This document shows positions 36,946 through 51,250 of a stretch of DNA of 64,000 nt, piece by piece. This DNA is from Camelus dromedarius (Eukaryota). Each line of letters begins with the position of its first letter. Position 1 is the stretch's first letter. Location of the stretch: the NCBI RefSeq assembly GCF_036321535.1, contig NC_087436.1, forward strand, positions 63,428,001 through 63,492,000, read 5' to 3'. The position numbers and the translations under genes were made by a program. A model generated the notes under the pieces. It did not search any database, was not told the DNA's origin, and worked only from the letters and a program-made list of their open reading frames with translations.

Positions 36946-39900
36946 TTTTTTTTAAAGTCGAGTTGGTGTACAATGTAAGTTACAGGTGTACAATACAGTA
37001 ATTCAGTTTTTAAAGGTTATACTCCATTTATGGTTATTATTAACTGTTGGCTGTGTTCCCTCTATCGTACAATATATCCTTGTAGCTTATTTTGTACTTG
37101 ATAGTTTGTACCTCTTAATCCCCTACCACTCTATTGCCCCTCCCCCTTCCCTCTTACCACTGGTAACCACTAGTTTGTTCTGTATAAATGTAAGTCCGCT
37201 TCTTTTCTGTTAGAATATTTTCTAGTTTGTTGTACTTTTTAGATTCCACATTGTAAGTTATACCATATAGTATTTGTCTTTCTCTACGTATTTAACTTAG
37301 CTTAATACCCTCCAAATCCATCCATGTTGCTGAAAATGGTGTAATTTCATTTTTTTTCATATTTGAGTGTATATATACCACATCTGCTTGATCCATTCAC
37401 CTGTTGATGGACACTTAGTTTGCTTCTGTATCTTGGCTATTATAAATAATGCTATGACCATTGCCAGTGCACATGTATTTTTGAATTAGTGTTTTTGAAT
37501 TTTTGGTTATATATAGAGGAATAGAATTCTTGGGTCATATGGAAGTTTTATATTTAGTTTTTAGAGAAACCTCTACACTGTTTTCCACACTGGCATTACC
37601 AATTTACATTCCCGTCAAGTGTAGGAGGGTTCCCCTTTTCTTCACATACTTGTCAACATTTGTTATATGTGTTCTTCATAATGATAGCCATACTGACAAG
37701 TGTGAGGTCATATCTTATTGTGGTTTTGATTTGCATTTCTCTGATCAGTGATGATGAGCATCTTTTCAGTGCCTGTTGGCTGTCTACATTCCCTTTTTGG
37801 AAAAATATCTATTCAAGCCTTCTGCCCTATTTAATTTGACTGGTTTTTTGATGTTAAGCTGTATGAGTTGTTTATACATGTTGATATTAATCCCTTATTG
37901 GCCATTTCATTTACAAACATTTTCTCCAGTTCAGTAGGTTGTCTTTTCCTTTTGTCTATGGTTTCCTTTGCTGTGCAAAGCTTTTAAGTTTAGTCAGATC
38001 CCATTTGTTTCTTTTTGCTTTTATTTGCTTTACTTCAGGATACAGATTCTTTTGACATAAATCTTAGTATTTTAAAAAGAGTTCTGCCTATATTTTCCTC
38101 TAGGAGTTTTATGGTTTCAGTCTTAAATTTAGGTCCTTAATCCATTTTTCAATCTTCTATATTAATATTAGAGAATGTTTTAATGTCATTCTTTTACATG
38201 TAGCTGTCCAGCTTTCCCAACACCACTTATTGAAGAGACTGACTTTTCTCCACTGTATATTCTTGCCTTCTTTATTGTGGATTAATTGACTGTAAGTGTG
38301 AGGGTTTATTTCTGGACTTCCTGTCCTGTTGCCTTGACCTATGTGTCTGCTTCTGTGCTAGTACTATACTTCTTTGATTACTGTAGCTTTGTAGTATAGT
38401 CTGAAGTCAGGGAGCATGATTCTTCCAACTTCATTCTACTTCAAGATTGTATTGGCTATTTGTATTTCCATACAGATTTTTAAAATAATTTTTCTACATC
38501 TGTGAAAAATGCTATTGGTATTTTGATAGGGATTGCATTTAATCTGTAGGTGCCTTGGATAGTGTAATCATTTTAACAATACTGATTCTTCCAATCCAAA
38601 AATAAGGTATGTTTGCATTTGCTTGTGTGCTCTTCAATTTCTTTCATCAGTGCCTTATAGTTTTTGGAGTACAGGTCTTTTGCCTCCTCGGGTTTGTTTA
38701 TTCTTAGGTATTTTATTATTTTTGCTGTGATGGTAAATGGAATTCTTTCCTTAATTTCTCTATTTGATATTTTGTTGTTAGTGTATAGAAATGCAACATA
38801 TTTCTGTATATTAATTTTGTATCCTGCAACTTTACTGATTTCATTAACAAGATGTAGTAGTTTTTTGGTGGTGACTTTAGGATTTTCTATGTATAATATT
38901 AATGTCATCTGCAAACAGTGACAGTTCTACTACTTTTTTTCCCCCCAATTTGGATTCTTCTCATTTTTCTTCTGATTACTGTGGGTAGGACTTCCAATAA
39001 CTATGTTGAATAAAAATAGTGAGAGTTGGCATCCTTGTTCCTGATCTTAAAGGAAATGTTTTCAGCTTTTCATCACTGAGTATGTTAGCTGTGGGTCTGT
39101 CCTTTGTGGCATTGAATGTGTTGGTGTATGTTCCCTCTATTACCATTATTTGGAGAGTAATTATCATAAATGAATGTTGAATTTTGTTAAAGTTTTTAAT
39201 GCATCTATTGGGATGGTATAGTTTTTATTCTTCAGTTTGTTAATGTGGTATATCACATTGATTGATTTGTGGATATTTAATCTCTGGGATAAATCTCACT
39301 TGATCATGAGGTATATGATCCTTTTAATGTATTGTTGGATTCAGTTTGCTAATATTCTGTTGAAGATGTTTGCATCTATAATCATCAGTGATATTGGCCT
39401 GTAATTTTCTTTTTTGTGTGATATCTTTGTCTGGTTTTACTATCAGGGTGATGCCTGGCTTCACAGAATGAGATAAGAAGTGTTTCTTCCTCTGCAATTT
39501 TTTAGAGTAGTTTGAGAAGAAAAGGTGCTAACTCTTCTCTGTGTTTGCTAGAATTACCTGTGAAGCCATCTGATCCTGGACTTTTGTTTGTTGGAAGTTT
39601 TTTACTGGTAAGTTTTAGTACTGGTAACTGGTCTGATTATATTTTCTATTTCTTCCTTCTTCAGTCTTGGAAAGTTGTACCTTTCTATGAATTTGTCCAT
39701 CTCTTCTAGGTTGTGCATTTTATTGTTGTATAATTGTTCATAGTAATCTCCTTTGATCCTTTGTTGATTGTAACATCGTTTTTATTTCTGACTTAATAGA
39801 TTTGGCCCCTTTTTTCCCATGATGAGTCTGGTTAAAGATTGATCAATTTTGTGTATCTTTTCAAAGAACCAGCTTTTGTCTCATTGATCTTTTCTATTTT

Positions 39901-42881
39901 TTTTTTAGTCCCTATTTCTGTTCCGATAGTTATGATTACTTCCCTTCGACTAACTTTAGGTTTTGTTTGTTCTTTCTCTAGTTCTTTTAAGTGTAAGGTT
40001 AGGTAGTTTATTTTAGATTTTTCTTGTTTCTTTAGGTAAGCTTATATTGCTATAAGCTTCCCTCTTAGAACTTCATCCCTTAGATTTTGGACATTCATGT
40101 TTCCATCTTCATTTGTCTCTAGGTATTTTTTATTTCCTCTTTGATTTCTTGAATGATCCATTGGTAGTGTAGTAGCGTATTGCTTAGCCTCCAAGTGTTT
40201 GCATTTGTTGTATTTTTTTTTCTTGATTTCTAGTCTCTTAGCAGTGTGGTCAGAAAAAATGGTTGGTATGATTTGTTTTCCTTGAATTTACCAAGGCTTC
40301 CTTTATGGCCTATCATACAATCTGTTTTGTAGAATTTTGTAGAATTTTTCATGTGTATTCTACTCATTTTAGATGAAATGCTCTCTCTACATTTATCAAT
40401 TAAGTCTGTCTGATCTAATGTATCGTTTAAGGCCAGTAATTTCTTACTGACTTTCTGCCTGGATCATCTATCCATTGATGTAAGTGAGGTGTTAAAACTC
40501 CCCACAGTTACTGTGATACTGTTGATTTCTCTTTTTATGTCCATTTTAAAATCAATTTTGTCTGATGTAAGTATTGCTACTCTTTTGTTTTCTATTTGCA
40601 TGGAATACCTTTTGCCATCCTCTCACTTTCTGTCTGTATGTGTCTTTACATCTGAAGTGAGTCTCTTGTAGGCAAAATACATACAGTTCTTATTTTTGTA
40701 GCCATTCAGTCACTCTGCCTTTTGATTTGAGCATTTAGTCCATTTACATTTAAGGTATTATTGACATGTATGTTCTTATTACCATTGTTAAAGTTGTTTC
40801 GGGGTTATTTTTGTATAAATTATTTTTTGCTCCCTGTTGTGATTTGATGACTATCTTTAGTGTCATATTTGGATTTATAAATACACACACATTTATTTTG
40901 TGAGTGTTATCTATTGTAGATTTTTAGTTTATAGTTACCATCAGATTTTTGTATAGAAACATATATACATATGATTATTTTAAGTTGCTGATCTCTTATT
41001 TTCAGTTTCTTTTTTCTGTTCAGGAGCAGTGATTTCCTCTGCTCTGTCTTCTAGCTGACTGCTCCATTGCTCTGTATCATTTAGTCTACTGTTGATTCCT
41101 TATAGTGCATTTTTCATTTCAATTATTGTACTCTTCGTCTCTGTTCTGTTCTTTATGTTTTCTAACTCTTGGGTAAAAATTTCTAACTCCTTACACTATG
41201 CATCTGTTCTTCTCCTGAGTTCTTTGTTCATCTTTACAATCATTACCGTGAACTCTTTCTTGGGTAGATGGCCTATCTCTACTTCACTTAGTTCTTCTTC
41301 TGGGGTTTTATCTTGTTCCTTCATCTGTAACGTGTTCCTCTGCTGTCTCATTTTGCCTAAGTTGCTACTTATATTTTTATGTATCTGGTAGGTTAGTTAC
41401 ATTTCCCAGCCTTGAAGAAGTGACCTTCTGTAGGAGACTTCCTATGTATCCCAGTAATGCACTCCCCTCTCACCACCCTAGACTTGTTTGGCCCCAATTC
41501 CAGTTGATTGCCAAACCCTGCCTTGTGCTGAGTCTTCTGGCTGCTGGTTGACAGGGTCTGGTCATGAGGTGGCTGACTGCAGAACCCCATGGGGCTAAAG
41601 GGCTAGCTGGATTGCTAGTGGGCAGAGTCAGGGTCGAGAAGACTCCAGGGGTGTTGCCTACCCACTGGGGGGTAAATCCAAGTCCTGGGGTTAGTGCAGG
41701 ACTATTTGCCGGCAGACCCAGGTTCGGGAGCCTGGCTGCAGGGCCCAGGGATCCCAGAGCTGGTGTCAGATTGCTGGATAGTGGTGGGGTGGGTGGTGAG
41801 GTATCTGGTTCCTGACACAGTTGGGTAAAGGTCTGGGGTGTCCTGAAGCTTGTGTTTCCTCATTAGTGGACAGGGCCAGGGCCCAGCTGGTCCCAGAGCA
41901 GGGTCTGGCCTGCTATGGGCAGGCTAGGTCTCCAGGCTGTGGGACAGTGGTTTTCCTGTGATTGTCCATTGGTGGTTAAGGCTGGTCCAGAGGCTGGAGC
42001 AAGCTTCCTGGAGGGTGGGCCCAGTGCCTGCCCACTAGTTGGTAGGGCTGGGTCTTGGCTCCCTGGTGGGCAGAGTTGCGTCTAGAGGTGTGTCTAGAGG
42101 CAGCTGTGGGCTCAAGAAGTCTTTAGGCAGCCTGTCTGCTGATCAGTGGAGCTATGTCCCTGCCAAGTTAGTTGTTTGGCCTGAGACATCCCAGCAGTGG
42201 CAACTATAGCCTGCTGGGTGAAGCCAGATCTCTGTGCTAATGAGCTAGAGGGAGGTTACCATGATGGTGCCCACTCACACCATTGTCTACATGGGTTAGT
42301 AGGAGCTCTCAAGAATGGCTTCCACCAGTGTTTATGTCCCCAGAGTGAGCCAAAGCTACAACCCCCTGCCCTGCCTCTCCACGAGACTCTCCAAGACCAG
42401 CAAGTAGTTGTGACCCAGGCTCCAATCAAATTACTGCTTTTTCCCTGGGCACAGTGTGTGTGATATTTTATGTGCACCTTGTAAGATTGAGGTCTATTTC
42501 CTTGAGCCCTTTGGGACTCCTGAAATTAAGCCCTGCTGGCTTTCAAAGCCAAATGCTTTGGAGGTCCATTGCAGGATTTCCAGGCTAGGGAGCCTGACAT
42601 GGGTGTTAGAACTCTAACTCCTGTGGGACCTCTGCAGTATAATTATGCTTCAGTTTGTGGGTTGCCCACCCAGGGGTATGGGACTTCATTATTTTGCAAG
42701 TCTGCCCCTCCTACCTGTCTCATTGTGGCTCCTTCATTGTGTCTTTAGTTGTAGAAGATCTTTTCTGGTTGATGAAAAGGCCAAAATCTATGATTGTTCT
42801 GCAAATAGTTGTAATTTTAGTGTGTTTATGAGAAGAGGTGAGTTCAGGGTCTTTCTACTCCATCACCTTGGCCCATCTCTC
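36946..42881 (-). mobile_element. Near-full-length LINE-1, inactivated (3'UTR, frameshifted ORF2, partly deleted ORF1, GC-rich 5'UTR)
   Basis: Poly(T) at 36946. ORF 38573-38914 (LYIENPK..KLL.LVNEISKVAGYKINIQK..AFLYTNN) and ORF 38976-39167 (PTANI...EKLKTFPLRSGTR) are L1 ORF2 RT peptides. GC-rich 5'UTR at about 41450-42880. Confidence 0.95.
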
Positions 42882-44909
42882 ATTGAAAACTGCTGTTACT
42901 GTGATAGAAGTTTAGGAGTCACTGGAATCCAAGTAAGGTTTATCATCAGAATTAAAATATGACCAAAATATCAATTATAGTGTTATCTGAACAAACAGCA
43001 TGTAATGATGTCTATAGAAATATATAAATTTGGAGAGTGTTTGTCAAGTGCAAAAATGAGTGATTTGTAAAATAACGTGTTTTATCAAACACTGTCCCTA
43101 TTGAGGGCAAGTGAGTTGTAAAGATTCAAATTTTAAGCAGACAAGTGTCTGAATCCTAGTTATGATATTATTGTCTATTTCATTTCAAATCCCTCATCTA
43201 TAAAATGAGAAGAGATGATCAGTGGAAAGAAACACAATGCCTAGATAAGTGAGATAAGTTTCAAATTTATCAAATGCTGCTCAGGTAAGAAAGGAAGTGA
43301 CTATCTGGAAGACATGAGTATAACTATACTAAAATAACTACCTTACTATGTCAGGGAATATTTTTATCAGGCTATCCCTTGGCCTGGAAGAAATATCTCT
43401 AAAAAATTGTAGTTCTCAAACTGTGTATCAGAATTACCTAAAGAATTTCTTCAGATTTCACATGCTGATTATGTATTAGTTCTTCAAAAAAACTGTTTTC
43501 CCTTGAATTTTTATGAAGTGTTAGGGTGATAATAAAGCAGACATAATTTTCAACTCACCTGGGAAGATAAACTCAACCTCCCAGATCAGCTCCATTTGAG
43601 ACCACCTGCTCACAGCCATCTGTATCTCTTTATTGGGACACTATGTTCAAACACAATGGACAGATTGTGATTATCAATTTCTTATCCTCTGATCTTGTTA
43701 ACATAAAGGTTTGTGGGTTGGGGGAACATTCATTTTCTGGGAAAGGTACACCTTCCACAGTTAAGTAATTGGAATCTACTTTATAAATTATTATCCTGTT
43801 AGTTAATTAGCACGATTAAGCCTCCTCAGACCAAATCCAGTCTGGCTGTACCCACAAGTGGAGTTTCAGACTTGGAAACACTGAGGACCAGATCCTGGCC
43901 AATGATGATTCCATGGTGCTGTCACATGTTACCTTGCTTTTCCACGTTGGGTTTTGTGCCTCTTTCCTTGATCTTTCTGCATTATTTCTTCATTTAATAA
44001 AGTTAAGAATGGATATAGAGCTATAGAAAGGTTCAAAATCATTTTCATGATATTGTGATTTTTACAGTAAAAACAAGACAACTGTGTTCCATATTTTACC
44101 TAACATAAGCATATAGGGTAGCATGTTTTCTGAGGAGTATAGATCACTATCTAGATAGATTAGATGGATCTTTAGATCTCAAACATTGACCAACATCTTT
44201 AGAAGACTATTTATTTGGGATATATTATAGTTTTCTCTTTAGTATTAACATATAGTTTTAGCCTAAATATGAATATTCTTAGATCAATATTTTTAACCTA
44301 ATTTTTTAAAGTGATCTCTGCTTTTAAAATAAGCCCAGTTAATATCTATTTAAGAGATTATTCATTGTCAAATTTAATCAAGACTGCATTATTTCATTTA
44401 ACCAGAGCATTAGAATTGTTTTGCTATATTTCACATTAAATTTATTGTCAATATTTATACTAACTAGTCAGAATAATACAGAAAATAAATTTTCAGCTGT
44501 AATATTAAAAGGCAAAATACTCCAAATCTAGAATTTGTAGAAAAATGTGTATTATCATGAATAAGGTTGTGCAGAATAGGTTTGTTATTGGATGGAGTGA
44601 CACACATACAAAAATCTCTCCCTACCCTTGTTAATTTTTTTAGGACAATGTGTTTGGAACCAGCATTAAAGCAGAATAATTTCACTTTTAATTCCATTTC
44701 TGTTAATCCCATCTTATATTTTATGAATCATTCAAACACTGAAGATTCTAGCCACCTCCTTTTTATTTGACTTAGTATAATGCCTAGGGAAAATATCTAA
44801 CTCTCCTCTCATCCTACAATTTCAAGCTGAGAGCCACAATTAGATCTGTCATTTATCTCATACCTCGTGTCAGTAGAGAGTACTCAGCAATATTTTAAAA
44901 TGGTATGAA

Positions 44910-45275
44910 GTATGAAAGAATGGGATTCAAGGTCCAGCTCTGTGGTTACCACCACCAAGTATGTTCTGATATGTGTTTTTCATCTCTCCATGCTTCCATT
45001 TCTTCATCTGAAAAAAAGGCAGATCATAACAAAGGACATTGACTGAGAAGTTAATTCATACTAGCATAATGCTAAGCAATTCACATATGCTTTTTTAAAA
45101 ATTCACTCTAATGAATACAGGGGATGGGTAATAATCCATTTATAAAGAGGGGAAACTGGGGATTTGAGATACTAATAAACTTATCAGAGATTCTATAACT
45201 AGAAAGTTGCAGTCCTGATTTCAGCCAGGTATGCATCTGTCCTAAATCCATACAGTTCTTTTACTATTAATATCT
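44910..45275. mobile_element. Two MIR remnants in opposite orientation
   Basis: Sense 'ctccatgcttccatttcttcatctgaaaaa', then antisense 'atccatttataaagaggggaaactgggg...ctagaaagttgcagtcctgatttcagccagg'. Confidence 0.5.
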
Positions 45276-47019
45276 ACCTCAGATATTATTAAAAAGTGAC
45301 TATCAAGTGATATAGAAGTGCTAACTATTATTGTAAGTTATGGTACCTTCACATTGTTTAGTCTCTCAAGGCTTCTGTATGTGAATTGGACGTTCATCAG
45401 CACCCAAGTTTAAAGTTTATAGATGAGATGAAAATTTCAATCTAGAACACATTGCCTTTAGAAGGTTTGAATTATTTATAGTAATAAGGAGAGAGTGTAA
45501 AGTGTGGAAATCATTTAGAGTAGGTAGGAAGACCCTATGATTATTAAAATTATGTAGTTTAAATGTGAAATTAAAGGATCGTGGTATTTATTTGCTGTGC
45601 TTATCAATACATTAAGAGAACAGTTGTATGAACTGTATTTCCAATATATGTGTATGTGTACATGTGTATTTTTAAATAGCTAGTTTTAAATTATATCTGC
45701 TCTGAGTGAGTTTTGTGAGATGTGTTTATGCAAATTTTATATATGCATATGTTACATATTTTTTTTACAATGTATCTATCTACATATGTCATAGATTTGG
45801 ACAAAAGTTTAGAAGGATCCACTCCAAAGACATGATTCTTCTGGGATATTGGTATTTTAGGTCATTTCTGTTTTATTGAGCTTTTCTGTTTTCTTTGCCT
45901 TCTGAATCAAATAGAATTATTTTGTTAAACAGAAAAATACCCTAAATATTATTAATAAAAAGCTGTTTGCCAATTGTGCAAAATTTTTTCTTAAAATTAA
46001 CAAATGGAAACAGCTGGCAATCAATTCATGAAAATAAGCTTTTTTCATCTAACTTAATAAAGTTAACTTATAGCAGCTTAAGACAGTGCAGTTCTTATAT
46101 TTTAATTCTTTTGTTATTTTGTTTTTATATTGGTCCTGTTGATCATTTGCAAATACAGGATTTTATGATTTACTTGTAAAGACAGATAAAGTGGTTGCTT
46201 AGTTAGCTTATTAACCACAGCATTATCTCAGTTATGTGTAAAGTGGACTTTAGAAAACATTTTCTAAAATGATGTGTTTTGATAGCACTTAGTATATCAG
46301 ACATTGAAATCACACTTAGAGTACAGAGAAATAATTGCTTTGCTCATCTACAGTAAGAGTTCTTAAATATGGTACTGTGCATGTACGAGATGAACAGATC
46401 CAGAAATCACTTCAAGAGGTATTTTTATACTACATACTGAAATAGAAGTTTTAGTACTATAGGGAATTTTTCTAATGACTTCAAATAATTTTGGTAAACA
46501 ATCCTTTTTATGCCAAATTATTTTCATTTCACATTTGAATAGCATTTTGTGAATTGTTTGAAATTGATTTTGAAACAGATTTTGCCTATCATCTTTTTGT
46601 GCCTTTAATTTTATTTATATTATACTTTTATTTGTACATGGTGAGATTTTTGCTCTCACACTTAATTTTGAACTGGAATGATAAACACGGGGAGGCAGGG
46701 CACAGAATTATATTATTTTCAATTAAAGGAGGAGATAAGGGTACTGTTTACACTCTTTGTCACCCAGTGCACTCAATTAATCATGTCAGATATTCCACTT
46801 GGAGCCTGACTATTTCCTTATGATTTTGGCAGTATGAAATAAATGCATTTAATAAAATGCACATCATCCAAGATATGCGTCAATTATTATGTTTCATATT
46901 CTGATAGGGAGAGAAAAATAAGATAACAGAGGTTAATTTACTGAAGAAGGGAGGAAAGTTCACTTAAGGAATCTTAGATATGAGTTCATGTTACCTCAAG
47001 ATGAGAATTTAGTTAAAAT

Positions 47020-48110
47020 TGTAGTGCTCTCAGATACTTGTTAAAGCAAAGCAAATACATATTTTTGAAGACTCACTTTTAAGGAGTGTTTTCAGGAATT
47101 GCTAGAGATAAATCTCCAAGAATAATACCACAGTGGCAAAAACAGAGATACAAAAACAGTGACAGCAGACAATGAAATACAGGGCATCATGAATAACAGG
47201 AAAAAAAAAAGACAAGGCTGAGGTGAACAAAAGTTTCAGATATTGAAATTATTGAACAAAATGTTAAAAATGTTTAAGAGGAATAAATAAGAGGAAACTA
47301 AAACTAAATAAAAGGCAAGGGATTGAAAATTGGCAGGCATATATGAATACAACATATATTTATATAAAAATTCTAAAAATTAAACATAGCAGTTTTATAT
47401 AAATAGTATTATATAAATAGTATTAGCAGTAGGCTACCAGAATTTGAAGAGAATTTTTATCCTGAAAAATAGATATAAAGAAATTATCAAAAATTTAATA
47501 GAGAAACAAGTTTAAAATATGAAAACATTGAGTAGAGACATGGAGAGCAGAGAGAGAACATGCAATATACATCCAATTGGGGCTTCTGAAGGAAATGAGA
47601 AAGGAAATGAAAGAGATACAATGTTTAACAAGATAACAGAGGAGAAGTTTTTCATAAATAAATAAGTATCATATGTTACTGATGTGAGAAGGCAGCTGAA
47701 TCCTCTGAAAAATATGCAGAGAAATGCACAACTAGACACAACAAATTAAAATGTGGGAAACAAAAGGAAAATTCTAATCAAACAGCCAGAAAAAGAAAAG
47801 ATAATTAACTTCAGTGGAACTGATATACTAGTGACTCCTGAACTTTCCAATAGATATGATGGAAGCCAGAATATGATGGAATAACATCCTTACCTCACTA
47901 AGAGAAAATGAATGTCAACATCAGACATTATATGAAGTCAAAAATACCTTTCAAAAGTTAGAACCAAATAACATTTTAAACAAAACATTTTAAAACTAAC
48001 ATAAACTACGAAAATAAAAAATTTAAAGGATAGTCATAAAGATATGAGGGAAATTATCCTAAACAAAAGATCTGAAAAGCCTTAAGGTATACTTGTAATG
48101 AAAGTAACAG
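47020..48110 (+). mobile_element. Ancient LINE-1 5'/ORF1 remnant (L1ME-like)
   Basis: ORF1-like motifs 'aatatacatccaattggggcttctgaagga', 'acagccagaaaaagaaaa', 'atggaagccagaatatgatggaataacatc', 'aagagaaaatgaatgtcaac'. Confidence 0.7.
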
Positions 48111-48159
48111 ATGTGAGGATTAATCTAAGCTCCTACACTTCTTTTGTTTATAAATAATG

Positions 48160-48460
48160 CTGCCATTCAGTATGACTCAAAACAGTGAAAGAGAGAAAGT
48201 AGTAAGTGTGGGAAAGATCATGAATTTATTTTGAGACTTGTTGAACTTCGAGTGCCTTTGAAAGATCCATCAAAAATGCCAAGTACAGTTATAACCACGG
48301 AACCAAAACTCATGAGAGATCCCTGAACTGGAGATAAGATGTGTGACTAATATGCTTATAAGTGGTCATTAAGAATAATGGGCATGGATGTGATCACCCC
48401 AGGAGAGGATGTAAAATGAAAAGGAAATAGACTAGAACTTAGCAATAAGGAACATTTAAT
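48160..48460 (-). mobile_element. L2 remnant
   Basis: 'tttgagacttgttgaacttcgagtgcctttgaaagatcca...actggagataagat...gatgtgatcaccccaggagag'. Confidence 0.6.
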
Positions 48461-50602
48461 AAAGAATCTTGCCTCTGAATTGAGCATTTGAATTTAGTTT
48501 TCTAAAGTGATTTTTCACTTCTGAGAGTTTTAGGTCATATTACATTTCTCTATCCAAATGTTAGTCCCTATTTCTTCCCCTCAATGTGATGTTGAACCAA
48601 ACAGTGGTCTAGAGTTCATGAAGCTCCTTAAATTAGGCACAAAAATAAAGTATTACATTACTGAAAACATTAGTCAAATCAATGAGTCTTAATTGTATTA
48701 ATAAAGCACATTAAAGAACTGATCCATGGTTCATTTATCATTCCTCCTAGGAAAATTGCCAAGCCTACATTTCATGATCCTATCAAAAGTTACTAATAAG
48801 CATTGGCACCCCTCTAATCCCCAAATTCCCATTCCAGGGAAGGAAGAGTAGTTCTTTGGCATTGAGAGAATGTTTTGTAGCCTTGACCACCCAAGCTCAG
48901 TGGGTGTCAATTATGAGATGATTTAACCAAAAACTCCACACAGGATATCAGATCTGTAAACTATATAGTTGTAAATTTCCCTTTTTGAAAGAAGTAGTAT
49001 GTTCTTGCCATTGTTTTCAAACCCTGGATCTTTAGTCTCTCTTTTCAAATGTACGCTATTCATTTCCTTGTCTCCCTTGTCTAATTATTCTTGTCTTTCA
49101 TTATTATCTGTGCAGAAGTTCCATTCCAGTCCATCTAGGGTGGTTATTTTCTTGTTGATACATTTTGAATATTTGTTCCTGAACTTTGTGTAAGTCTTTG
49201 CTCTAGACTGGATTCAATCCCACCCCTCCCCCAACCATCTTTCCCTCCAAACTTTCAAATATCTATTTAAAAATCCTTGGTTGGTGCACTCATTTTAACA
49301 ATTACTTAATTTCGGGACAGATAGTCATCTTGAGCTTAATGTCTCTTTCAGAGCTTAAGTACAGAATTTCTTCTACAGGCACTTGGCAAATTTTATGTCC
49401 TACATTTAACATTTGTTTGCTTTGTATTTCCCCTTTCTGTATGAATTTCAGTTACTTTTAACATTCTTCATTGGACCTAATACAATGTCATTCACAAATC
49501 AGGAAACAGCAAAATACCCATTATTATCTTTCCTGGTTGATAAATAAATAGCTTGTTTTCTGAACTAATCTATTCACTTTGGGGGACCAGAAGATTTCTA
49601 AAATTTGATAGCATTCCATGAATATAGTATCTTTTGTAGCTGTCCATGGGGGAAAGCTACATTTACACAATGCAAACTTTTATTTTTGATGCTGTAAGAC
49701 AGGCACACTAAATATTTGCCAAATAAAGTCTTAAAATGTGTAGCAACGCAGGAGCTAATCTGATTAAAAACACTTCAGCATCTTACTTCAGAGTGATAGG
49801 CCTGAATATATGCAAATTATTTAGGAAAAATCCTCAGTTAGTTGAGATCTCAATACTTGCCTCGGAAAGAGGCATCATAAATAAAGATATGCTCCCTTGT
49901 TCTGTCAATGAATATTTTCAATCTTTCTTTTGAATAGTAAATCATGGTGAGAAAACACACACACAAGGTGTTTAGACGTATTATGGGATGCAGATTGCCA
50001 GCCCCCTTTAGAGATGCCATTATTAGAATAAGTAGATTATTAATGAAAAGATGCACTGACCTAGGATTAAAGAAAAAAGTTTTTTAAAAAGTTGTGCCAA
50101 ACTCCAGACAACTACATTCAGTATCCATAGGGCCACTGTGGTAAGATGCTGTATCTGCTTGCAAGAAAATGTATTGGCCATTTGTAGATGCCACAAGATT
50201 TTCTGCACAATAGCATAGCTGATAAGGGAATTTGTAGTGTCTTTTTTTTTTTTTTAATGTATTAATGGCTGAATTTAAACTGTCACTACTTCCAACTATC
50301 TACTAGTATCGAGGTGATACGTGGTCACCTGAAAAGTACTTTATGCGATTCTAAAGGAAGATATTGTACATTTCTAAAACTCTCACACCAAAGACATTAA
50401 ATATGTTGTATCATCGAAAGGTAAAAGTGATAAACTGTACAGAAGTCGAATGAAATAAAATTGTGAAACAAATTAACCATGACTACTAATTATGATTAGT
50501 TAAATTAAAAAGAATAACTTGGTATTAAGTGGGAACTTACTTCATGGTCAAGACTGTTAGGAAAATAATATATGGATATTCTCAACATAAATATAATGAA
50601 AA

Positions 50603-51250
50603 TGTTCCCGGTACATGTAACCAGTGTCTCAGTTCTTGTCCCGTCCCAGAAAGAATTCAGAGACAAGACAGAGGTTAAGAAAGTCAGGATTTATTAGGGA
50701 TAGATAGTACACTCTCAAGGGGAGAGCGGGCAGGCTCAGGTGAGCAGCTCTGCTGAGTTTCTTTGGCAAGTTGGTTATATAGAGTATAGAAATGAATGGA
50801 CAGAATATTCATTAGTGGGGGAAAGGTTTGGATTCCTATTCCCTGATTTTCATCCCAACTTCACCTTCCCAAAGGGAGGAAGGATTTTTGTCCTTATTTA
50901 GTCTGGATCGGAAGTGTCACAGTGTTGGTGCATGATGGGTACTTCTAATCTGCAAGGCTGCTTTTATTGTAATGAGGGCATAATGAACAAAAGGTTACAT
51001 TCGGACACTGGAGATTCCTGCCTTTTCCAACCTATCTTTGTCAGCCTCCAGGTCTCTGATCAGCCCAAAAGGTGTGACCACTTATCCAGCCAAGTTTTCT
51101 GCTTTTCTTTCTCTACTCAGGGACCCCTGGTGCTTACATGATGTATGGTTTCCTGTATTTGGCCTGTGCCCCTCTTTTCTGCCCAATTCCTGCCATTTGG
51201 TCTGCATCCCCCTTTCTCTGCTCATATCTAGCCATCTGCCTGCTCTAAGA
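50603..51250 (-). mobile_element. Relatively young ERV solo LTR (ERV1-like)
   Basis: GC-richer block of about 640 bp. On the minus strand there is TATATAA (50775-50781) upstream of AATAAA (50690-50695). The left boundary is TG at 50603 or 50616; TSD not resolved. Confidence 0.8.

Noticed and set aside
36939..42891. AAAACTG near both ends of the large L1 as a TSD
   Set aside because: Only 7 bp, offset from the apparent 5' end and low in complexity; not reliable.
41393..42962. Several 65-105 aa ORFs and high GC suggesting a gene or CpG island
   Set aside because: These fall in the LINE-1 5'UTR. High GC lengthens chance ORFs, and CpGs are scarce.
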